A DNA stretch of 54,881 bases, from IMG/VR virus record IMGVR_UViG_3300006754_000008. One strand, 5' to 3'. The position numbers and the translations under genes are program-made. The DNA is from an uncultured virus (IMG/VR IMGVR_UViG_3300006754_000008) (Duplodnaviria; Heunggongvirae; Uroviricota; Caudoviricetes). Positions 48,144-54,881 of the stretch are shown in pieces; within the stretch, counting starts at the first letter, position 1, and the number at the start of each line of letters is the position of its first letter. A model generated the notes under the pieces. The model was not told the origin of the DNA. It was given only the letters and a program-made list of their open reading frames with translations, and searched no databases.

Positions 48144-48611
48144 ATGGCAAATAATTATATCGAATTTTCAGAAATGATTCATAATTTAAATGATGAGGAA
48201 CAAAAATATTGGGAAAAGTTGACAGATGATGAAAGAATAGATCTTAGCTTAGAGGAACATAAGAAGTTACAGATTCAATGGGAAAGTGTTGGCGGGACAT
48301 TTGAAAATGGGGCATGGCCAGGATTTCAATGGAGTTTTGAAAGTCGAAAAGATGGTAATAAAGATCTGTGGATTTACGTCATAGAATCTGGAGACATAGA
48401 TAATTTAGCTATTATAATTCAAGATTTTTTAAAAGTTTGTCGTCCAGATGGATATTTTACATTGACTTGGGCAGAAACTTGTAGCAAGCCAAGACTTCAA
48501 CAATTTGGTGGCGGCTATCTACTTATTACAAAAGATGAAATAAAAGCAGATAATGTTCATAATATGGTATATAAATTAAAAAAGGACTGGGAAAGTGAAA
48601 ATGAGAAATAG
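48144..48611 (+). CDS. Hypothetical phage protein
   Basis: MANNYIEFS...WAETCSKPR...FGGG. Confidence 0.7.
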   Translation: MANNYIEFSEMIHNLNDEEQKYWEKLTDDERIDLSLEEHKKLQIQWESVGGTFENGAWPGFQWSFESRKDGNKDLWIYVIESGDIDNLAIIIQDFLKVCRPDGYFTLTWAETCSKPRLQQFGGGYLLITKDEIKADNVHNMVYKLKKDWESENEK

Positions 48612-48873
48612 TTTTGTTAGTAATAGCTCAAGCACTTCTTTTCTTTGTAAATTAGAATTAGAAGTGGATGATGTCATTGAATATTTAAAAAAGCTTTTAG
48701 ACATTCATAATGATTTTCATGGCGTTGATTTGTCACTGTCAAATATCTTAGATATTTGGGGACAGTATGATGGGATACGAATAATGCCAGAATATGAAAA
48801 TTCCATTCCGACATTTATGAAAAGTTTTATTATGGCAGAATTAAATGGTGAAGAAGTTATAGAGGAGGATTAA
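48595..48873 (+). CDS. Hypothetical protein with N-terminal FVSNSSSTSF motif
   Basis: MKMRNSFVSNSSSTSF. Confidence 0.7.
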   Translation: MKMRNSFVSNSSSTSFLCKLELEVDDVIEYLKKLLDIHNDFHGVDLSLSNILDIWGQYDGIRIMPEYENSIPTFMKSFIMAELNGEEVIEED

Positions 48874-48876
48874 ATC

Positions 48877-49230
48877 ATGTTAGAAAGATTAAAAAATGAT
48901 TATGACTGGGATTATATATTTTACGAATATGGTTATCCAAGTAAAGTAGAAAGTGCCATTTGTGATACAAGTACTATAAAAAAAGAGGATGTAATAGAGA
49001 TTTTTGAGGCAGATGACGGCATGAATGATGGGCCAAGCTGGATGATGGCTGGTAAATTAAAAGACGGAAGATGTTTTTATATTGAAGCAAGTTGTGATTA
49101 TACGGGCTGGGGATGACAAGAAGATGGATCTGCTTGGGTAGCAGATGATATGGATCAACTTATACAATTTGGATTAACAGAAGAAGCGCGAGACCGACTT
49201 AGGCCAGATTTGTGGGGTAAAAATGATTAA
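48877..49230 (+). CDS. Putative selenoprotein (in-frame TGA at 49114-49116), 117 aa
   Basis: Frame continues CDYTGWG*QEDGSAWVADD...ND-TAA and overlaps the next ATG; SECIS-like hairpin downstream of the TGA. Confidence 0.7.
49128..49146 (+). promoter_or_regulatory. Bacterial SECIS-like hairpin
   Basis: ATCTGCT-TGGGT-AGCAGAT, 11 nt after the TGA. Confidence 0.6.
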
Positions 49231-49459
49231 ATGTAAAACGTGTAAAAAAGAATTCTCTGATGACGAAACTTTTGATGGTTTTTGTGAAAAGCATATTCCC
49301 AAACCATTATGTGGAAGATGTGGAGAAGCATATGCTACATATGTTCCTGAGAGAAATATGTGGACTCCACCAGATGTAATATCAACTTGTGATGATTGTG
49401 CCGCTGATCATGCATATTATTTACATTGTGTTTACCAAGATGAACCTCCTCGGCATTAA
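49223..49459 (+). CDS. Zinc-finger protein
   Basis: CKTC, CEKH, CGRC, CDDC. Confidence 0.6.
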   Translation: MIKCKTCKKEFSDDETFDGFCEKHIPKPLCGRCGEAYATYVPERNMWTPPDVISTCDDCAADHAYYLHCVYQDEPPRH

Positions 49460-49601
49460 TGATGATACTAGGATCAATAATTATTGGAGGTTTTTTTGTT
49501 TTTTGTTGTATTGTCTGGTATCAAGATTGGCAAAAACAAAAAACTTTCTGGCACGAAAGAAAAAAATAGAAATATTAAAATAAGTGACTTAGGGGACAAG
49601 T

Positions 49602-49949
49602 ATGAAATTAAAACATGCAAAAACAATTTTGGAAAATCATAAGCATAATATAGATGGAACTGGAATATATGCGGAAGCTTCCAGTCTGCTCTCTGAGGCG
49701 CTTGAAGCAGTAATTAGTTTCTTGAATAATCGGGATAAAGAAATGATGCGACAGTGCGATTGTGGTGGTTATAGAGCAGCAAGGTTATCTGATAATGAGT
49801 GGTGTTGGACGGCTGGGTGTCAGGCATGTGATAGAATAAAAATGCTTACAGACACAAAGATTGTCATTATTAAAGATAGTGAAAAAAAGAATACTCTTGT
49901 AGAACGAGGTATTGCCAGTTATTCAGGCAAAGATGTGGAAAAGTTATGA
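49602..49949 (+). CDS. Hypothetical protein with zinc ribbon
   Basis: CDCG...CQAC. Confidence 0.55.
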   Translation: MKLKHAKTILENHKHNIDGTGIYAEASSLLSEALEAVISFLNNRDKEMMRQCDCGGYRAARLSDNEWCWTAGCQACDRIKMLTDTKIVIIKDSEKKNTLVERGIASYSGKDVEKL

Positions 49950-50103
49950 AACCAATGACAAAACGACAAGAAATGATAATATCTTTGGGACTACCAAAAA
50001 CAGTTCGGGATCTCAAAAAGCAATTTGGCGGCAATTTCAAATAAATAATATAGATTAACATATTTACTAATATTCTCATATAAATTATATATGGAGGGAT
50101 ATT

Positions 50104-50757
50104 ATGACAAATAAATTAATAAATAAATTAATAAATATATTAATGATAGATGATAATAGATATGATTTTGAATTAATAGAGGAATATCTTAGTGAGGCGG
50201 AGGATGATATTATAATTACTCATGCTTCTACATATGATAAAGGAATGGCCCAAATATCTAATAAGAAATTTGATTTGTATTTATTAGATTATAAATTAAA
50301 TATGGACGACGGCTTACTATTTTTAAAAGAGTTAAGGGAGAAAAAAAATACTATTCCTGTTATTATGCTAAGTGGCTGGGGAAATAAAGATACAGATATC
50401 ATGGCAATGAAATTAGGAGCAGATGATTATTTAGATAAAGAAACAATCACTCCTGAATTATTAGAGAGGTCTATTCGATATACATTAGAAAAACATTCTT
50501 CTTTTAGGAAAATTTTACAAATAAATCTACTTCTTAAAACAGCAATTAAAAAACAACAATTTCTTGATACTGTATTTGAGAATATGGCAGCACATCTTAA
50601 TACATATAATATGCTTGAAAAGAAGCTTGAGAAAAAAGATTTTTATGACGATGTTTTTAAAAATATTGCAGATCATATTAAGGCATATAATGCTTTTAAA
50701 AGTTTCTTTGGAAAAAAAAATTCAAGATGCTTTAAAGTGAGCACAATGTTTTGGTAA
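50104..50757 (+). CDS. Response regulator receiver-domain protein
   Basis: IDD, LLDY (phospho-Asp), DG, PVIMLS, GADDYLDK; GGAGG RBS. Confidence 0.9.
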   Translation: MTNKLINKLINILMIDDNRYDFELIEEYLSEAEDDIIITHASTYDKGMAQISNKKFDLYLLDYKLNMDDGLLFLKELREKKNTIPVIMLSGWGNKDTDIMAMKLGADDYLDKETITPELLERSIRYTLEKHSSFRKILQINLLLKTAIKKQQFLDTVFENMAAHLNTYNMLEKKLEKKDFYDDVFKNIADHIKAYNAFKSFFGKKNSRCFKVSTMFW

Positions 50758-50758
50758 T

Positions 50759-50879
50759 GATTTCATACTGTTTAATTCTAATAAGTGCTTCTTGGAGGAA
50801 GGGTAAGTCGTGGTTAGGCCCCAAGCAGCTCCGACCGAGTTCGAATCTCACATTTATTAGAATTAAACAGTATGAAATC
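50759..50879 (+). ncRNA. Long-stem RNA candidate with tRNA-like T-loop
   Basis: 29-bp inverted repeat (one G:U) enclosing a 63-nt GC-rich core with GAG-TTCGAAT-CTC. Confidence 0.65.
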
Positions 50880-50918
50880 GTTGTTTTAGTAGGCCATTTT
50901 TTAACTAAAGGAAGATGA

Positions 50919-51107
50919 ATGTTAGATCCAAAATATATAAGAAAATATCCAAAAAAAGTAAAAGACAATTTAAAAAAACGCGGATTAGATCCGGCACTTG
51001 TGGACCAATTTATTGATATTGATAATCAGTATAGAAAATTATTAAACCAAGTAGCAAAGTTAAAACAAAACAAAAATGAATTGACAAAACTCATAGGTGC
51101 CAAATAA
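50919..51107 (+). CDS. Stand-alone seryl-tRNA synthetase N-terminal fragment
   Basis: MLDPKYIRKYPKKVKDNLKKRG....VD....ID...R.L......L....N...K.IG resembles the SerRS N-terminus. Confidence 0.8.
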   Translation: MLDPKYIRKYPKKVKDNLKKRGLDPALVDQFIDIDNQYRKLLNQVAKLKQNKNELTKLIGAK

Positions 51108-51402
51108 AATGCCTTATAGAGTTCCATCTTATCCCGAATATTATTATGAAGTTATTTCTCTAGGATCCAAAACAAAAGGCTTTTGGCCATTTAAAAAAAA
51201 GGAATATGACCTGTTGACCCTTGGTATTAAAAATCATGGCATTGCTGAAGTAAAGATAATAAAAAAGAGTAAAAATTGGTTGGCAGTTGAGATCAGGCCC
51301 ACTCAGATAGTTGGATTTTCATGTAGCAAAGAGGGACTGCGATGGCTATATAAAAATGTTCATATGATATTACAAGATTTAAAAACAATAGAAGGAAAAT
51401 AA
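51097..51402 (+). CDS. Hypothetical protein
   Basis: Co-oriented ORF. Confidence 0.55.
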   Translation: MPNKMPYRVPSYPEYYYEVISLGSKTKGFWPFKKKEYDLLTLGIKNHGIAEVKIIKKSKNWLAVEIRPTQIVGFSCSKEGLRWLYKNVHMILQDLKTIEGK

Positions 51403-51403
51403 A

Positions 51404-51955
51404 ATGCTAAAAAGAGAATTACAATTAAAATTATTATATTCTATCATAGTGGCTGGAAAAAGTGCAAAATTTGCTGAAGCTGTAATTCATAAGCTATTTT
51501 CTCATTCAAACATGCCCCCTTTTGCTATATTAAAAGATTGGATAAATTATGGAATTTTAGAAGCAAAGCTTAGGGGCTCAAGGACTGGAAACTATACAAA
51601 AATGTCCAAATGTATAGAACAATTGATTAATTCTGATATTAATCTATCAACATGTTCTCCAGAAGACTTAGAAAAAATTCATGGCATTGGTCCCAAAACA
51701 GCACGATTCTTTTTGCTTTGGGCTAGGCCAGGAGCAAATTATGCTGCGCTAGATGTTCACATTTTACGATGGTTAAGATCTTTGGGATATAATGCCCCAA
51801 AACAAACACCTACTGGTAATAAGTATTTAGAATTAGAAAATATTTTTCTTAAAGAGGCCAAGAATAGAAATATGACTCCTAGTGAATTAGATTATATTAT
51901 ATGGAAACAAGGATCTGGCTATAGTGGATGGAATCCAAATAATTATAAAAAATGA
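51404..51955 (+). CDS. HhH-GPD superfamily DNA glycosylase (8-oxoguanine glycosylase-like)
   Basis: L.KIHGIGPKTARFFL, ALDVHILRWL, Y..LE..F, LD..IW. Confidence 0.8.
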   Translation: MLKRELQLKLLYSIIVAGKSAKFAEAVIHKLFSHSNMPPFAILKDWINYGILEAKLRGSRTGNYTKMSKCIEQLINSDINLSTCSPEDLEKIHGIGPKTARFFLLWARPGANYAALDVHILRWLRSLGYNAPKQTPTGNKYLELENIFLKEAKNRNMTPSELDYIIWKQGSGYSGWNPNNYKK

Positions 51956-52503
51956 AATATTTAATTTATACAAAAATTAATCCTGTAAGAGTAGAAGTAA
52001 AAGAATATAATTCTAAAGAAGAGTTGCTTGATAAACTATATTATGAAGTTCGCCCTCAGCGTTTTGGTAGGCCAGATGATAATATTGATATAGAGTATAT
52101 TATTAAAACTAAATATGGTATTTCTTGGAACAATGAAGAGCTAGATTTTAAACCAAGTATAGTTGTTGACAAATTAGGAAGAAAAATTCCACCTTATATA
52201 TTATGTCAATGGCTTGAAAACTACGAACCTTCATCTAATAAGAAAAGACGTTGGCAAACAAGATGGAGAAGTATGTGGAATAACTGGCTTGGTTTTCGCA
52301 ACGGTCCCGTTCCTTATACTGGAAAAGGAAACTGGGGCAAGGGTTCTGGTCCTAAAATAAATAGTGAAATGAGAGCCTCACAGGACACTTTATTCACTAG
52401 GGCCAAAAGAAGCTTTCGCAAATTGTACAGTGAAAGAGAATCCCATAAAAGATATTTTTCTCGGGGCTGGAAAAATAATAAAAAAAGGAAGCAGTGGATG
52501 TAA
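51952..52503 (+). CDS. Hypothetical basic protein
   Basis: FRNGPVP...R.WK....RKQW. Confidence 0.65.
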   Translation: MKYLIYTKINPVRVEVKEYNSKEELLDKLYYEVRPQRFGRPDDNIDIEYIIKTKYGISWNNEELDFKPSIVVDKLGRKIPPYILCQWLENYEPSSNKKRRWQTRWRSMWNNWLGFRNGPVPYTGKGNWGKGSGPKINSEMRASQDTLFTRAKRSFRKLYSERESHKRYFSRGWKNNKKRKQWM

Positions 52504-52856
52504 TGAATGGATATTTTACTCCAGACTTAGGCACAGTAGATTCAGCAATTTGTGATGTATGTAGCTCAAAATGTAATGTCACAAGAAATGTAAAAGGATA
52601 TCGTGGTAAATATGCCGCGATGGCCAATAATAAATCTAAATTTGATATTTTTAGTTGTCCTCATATGAATGAAGAGTGGCATAATAAAGCATTTACATTA
52701 ATATGTGAATATAAAAGAACCAAATTTCCTAGCATAAGAAGTCTTATGAGACAAGATATTAATGATTTTATTTTTGAACACACTGAACTATTGTGGATGG
52801 AAGTAAAAGAACCACTTATATATAAAAAGGTAGAAGAGAATGAAGAAGAAAGCTAG
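52494..52856 (+). CDS. Hypothetical zinc-binding protein
   Basis: CDVC...D.F.CP...WH. Confidence 0.6.
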   Translation: MDVMNGYFTPDLGTVDSAICDVCSSKCNVTRNVKGYRGKYAAMANNKSKFDIFSCPHMNEEWHNKAFTLICEYKRTKFPSIRSLMRQDINDFIFEHTELLWMEVKEPLIYKKVEENEEES

Positions 52857-52959
52857 AGAGTTGAGTGGCACAGATGTGAATAGACTAAAAACGAGAATTG
52901 GTTGGGTAATAGATGCTGGCATTTTACCTTGGATTGATATTTGGAAAGTTGAGGTATAA

Positions 52960-53457
52960 ATGACAGATAAAGACGAAAGTTGGAAAGATAAGATAGTTAC
53001 ACCAAGAGTTGGAGTAGCTGGCGTAGTACTTAGAAAATCTATCACAATAGATAAAGGTACTTCGTATCAACATAAGATGCCAGCATATGTTTTAATGATA
53101 CGACGAGTTTATCCTCCACATGGTATCGCATTTCCTGGGGGATTTCAGGAAATTGGGGAAACAGTTGCTCAAACGGCAGTAAGAGAAGTTAAAGAAGAAA
53201 CGAATATTAGTACTATTCCAATAGGTTTAATGAGGATTAATACAATGCCCCGGACAGATCCACGTTTTCATGTTACAGCACTTTATGTATATATGTCAGC
53301 AAGAGATCATCGTCAAGCAACATGTGGAGATGACGCAGCAGAAGCTTTTTGGATGTCATTGAATGATTATTCTTTAGAACATGAAATGTCAAATACAACT
53401 ATTTCTGTATTAAATTGTTTAAGAGAAAATAATATAAGAACAATACCTTTAGGATAG
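52960..53457 (+). CDS. Nudix hydrolase
   Basis: FPGGFQEIGETVAQTAVREVKEET Nudix box, RTDPR, GDDA. Confidence 0.92.
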   Translation: MTDKDESWKDKIVTPRVGVAGVVLRKSITIDKGTSYQHKMPAYVLMIRRVYPPHGIAFPGGFQEIGETVAQTAVREVKEETNISTIPIGLMRINTMPRTDPRFHVTALYVYMSARDHRQATCGDDAAEAFWMSLNDYSLEHEMSNTTISVLNCLRENNIRTIPLG

Positions 53458-53465
53458 GAGAAATA

Positions 53466-54260
53466 ATGTTACCACCAAAATTGATTCTTATTAGACATGG
53501 AGAGTCGGAAGGGAATTTAATTGTTAATAATACTAGAAAAGATAATGATTCTCTATATAATCCCAAAATGAAAGAAGCTCATACAGTTTCTTGGAGATTG
53601 TCGGATAAGGGAATCGAGCAAGCACAAAAAACCGGAGAATGGTTGCAGAATAATACTTTTTTGAAAAAGACAAATTTTGTAGAATTATATACATCTGATT
53701 ATGTAAGGGCTTTGGAAACGGCTTATGGACTTAATATTCCTAAAGCGATGTGGCAAATATCTTCAGAAGTAAGAGAAAGAATGTATGGAGATATAGATTT
53801 TCTTTACACAAAAGATATATTTGATACAAAGTTTTGTGCAAATCTGGCACAAAGAAAATCTAGCAATTTTCATTGGGTGCCTCAAAATGGAGAATCTATT
53901 TCTAGCGTTTGCGAAAGGGCGTCAAATTTTATCCACAGAGTACTTGATGGCAATATATATAATAGAAAAGTTGTAATAGTTACTCACGGTGAATTTATAT
54001 GGGCCATGAGAATAGTTCTAGGCGAAATACTTCCCAGAGAATATGAATCTTTAAGAAATACAAAACCTGTATATAATTGTCAAATTACAGAATTTTCCAA
54101 TGTTTCTAATGATAGCTATTCGAGAGTAAGACACTACTGTCCACCCACTCCCGATTATCATAATTGGGAATATAAGGGATTAAAACCAAAGATTTATACT
54201 AATGATAATTTAAAAGAAATAATTGATTCTTATCCTAGATTAATTACCAATCCACAGTAG
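53466..54260 (+). CDS. Histidine phosphatase (phosphoglycerate mutase family)
   Basis: RHGES, LS..G.EQA, S...RA.ETA, GES, VTHG. Confidence 0.92.
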   Translation: MLPPKLILIRHGESEGNLIVNNTRKDNDSLYNPKMKEAHTVSWRLSDKGIEQAQKTGEWLQNNTFLKKTNFVELYTSDYVRALETAYGLNIPKAMWQISSEVRERMYGDIDFLYTKDIFDTKFCANLAQRKSSNFHWVPQNGESISSVCERASNFIHRVLDGNIYNRKVVIVTHGEFIWAMRIVLGEILPREYESLRNTKPVYNCQITEFSNVSNDSYSRVRHYCPPTPDYHNWEYKGLKPKIYTNDNLKEIIDSYPRLITNPQ

Positions 54261-54621
54261 TAGTAAGATCTGAAACTTTTATTTGGTAACATTGGAAAAA
54301 ATCACTAACAAACTTAACGGTAACTTCTTTATTAAATTCTTTACAACTATAAATATCTAGGTGAAATTCTTTTTTTAATGGCCAGGTGTGAATTGCACAA
54401 TGTGATGTAGTTAATAATATAACACCTGTTAGCCCACCTTCATCCATGAAACTATCGTTATTTAAACTATCAGAATTAAGTGGAACATCATAAATTACTG
54501 GCTCTCCTAATGGAGTCATTTTAACTTTCAATATAATATCTTTAAGAAAATTTGCTATTGCGTCTTTATCTATCAAAATGGAAGAGTTTCCTTTTCCAAG
54601 AATCTTAATGTGTTTGGTCAT
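54244..54621 (-). CDS. S-adenosylmethionine decarboxylase proenzyme (SpeD/SpeH-like)
   Basis: GLTGVILLTTSHCAIHTWP...LDIYSC; GGAGG RBS. Confidence 0.85.
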   Translation of the reverse strand: MTKHIKILGKGNSSILIDKDAIANFLKDIILKVKMTPLGEPVIYDVPLNSDSLNNDSFMDEGGLTGVILLTTSHCAIHTWPLKKEFHLDIYSCKEFNKEVTVKFVSDFFQCYQIKVSDLTTTVDW

Positions 54622-54693
54622 ACTTTTAAAGACCTCCCGAGAAATAATTATTTATGTATGTGTTGCTTTATTGATATATTTAGGAGAAACAAA

Positions 54694-54881
54694 ATGTCGA
54701 AATTGTGCCCAAAATGTGGATCTACTGGAGATGATTTACTTTTTAATTTTTACTGTTCAAATGAAGATTGTGAGAATTATCATGATGATAAAAAGAACAA
54801 CAATGATGAGCAATCATTATTTAATAATGCTAAGAAAACTATTAAAACAACTGACCAAATTTTATTTGATAACGCTAAGAA
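54694..54881 (+). CDS. Partial zinc-finger protein with EQxLF-type repeats (runs off window)
   Basis: AGGAG RBS; MSKLCPKCG...CSNEDC...EQSLFNNA...DQILFDNAK. Confidence 0.7.
   Translation, partial: MSKLCPKCGSTGDDLLFNFYCSNEDCENYHDDKKNNNDEQSLFNNAKKTIKTTDQILFDNAK

Noticed and set aside
50759..50879. Retron msr-msd, SRP RNA, tRNA-Sec or pistol ribozyme identity for the long-stem element
   Set aside because: No reverse transcriptase nearby, no GNRA-capped SRP domain IV, no TCA anticodon arm, and the pistol P1 pairing is absent
1..54881. Genome-wide stop-codon reassignment (TGA or TAG)
   Set aside because: Long genes are intact under code 11, TGA ends genes in ATGA overlaps, and the Ubl paralogs end in TAG vs TAA at the same position
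1..54881. Cellular (e.g. CPR or small-genome bacterium) origin because of tuf, infC, rpsU and lon
   Set aside because: These genes are outside their usual operons and embedded among many short phage-type hypotheticals on one strand. Not formally excluded, since no capsid or terminase gene is in the window

Overview
AT-rich, densely packed, almost entirely + strand segment with the gene content of a large ('jumbo/huge') bacteriophage. It has many short hypothetical ORFs plus host-like translation genes (tuf, infC, rpsU, def, Pth2, a stand-alone SerRS N-terminal fragment, 5 tRNAs), proteases (Lon, ClpP-like, two C39-like), and nucleotide/repair and auxiliary metabolic enzymes. No virion structural or replication core genes were recognised, so the phage call is an inference. 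Main discovery: a PRTRC-type ubiquitin-like conjugation cluster at ~12.8-16.6 kb. It has two tandem 53-aa Ubl genes missed by the ORF track, which are identical in protein but differ by 14 synonymous changes plus the stop codon and end in GTKG. They are followed by E2-like, JAB and E1/ThiF genes and lie just downstream of AAA ATPase and Lon genes. Other highlights: a probable selenoprotein (in-frame TGA with a SECIS-like hairpin 11 nt downstream); tRNA-Val(TAC) and tRNA-CAT genes with class II-like long variable arms; a 29-bp-stem T-loop RNA beside the SerRS N-terminal mini-gene; a second structured-RNA candidate; and an EQxLF motif shared by three unrelated proteins. Several apparent -1 frameshifts at homopolymers may be assembly errors. 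All family assignments come from motif recognition by eye; no searches were run.
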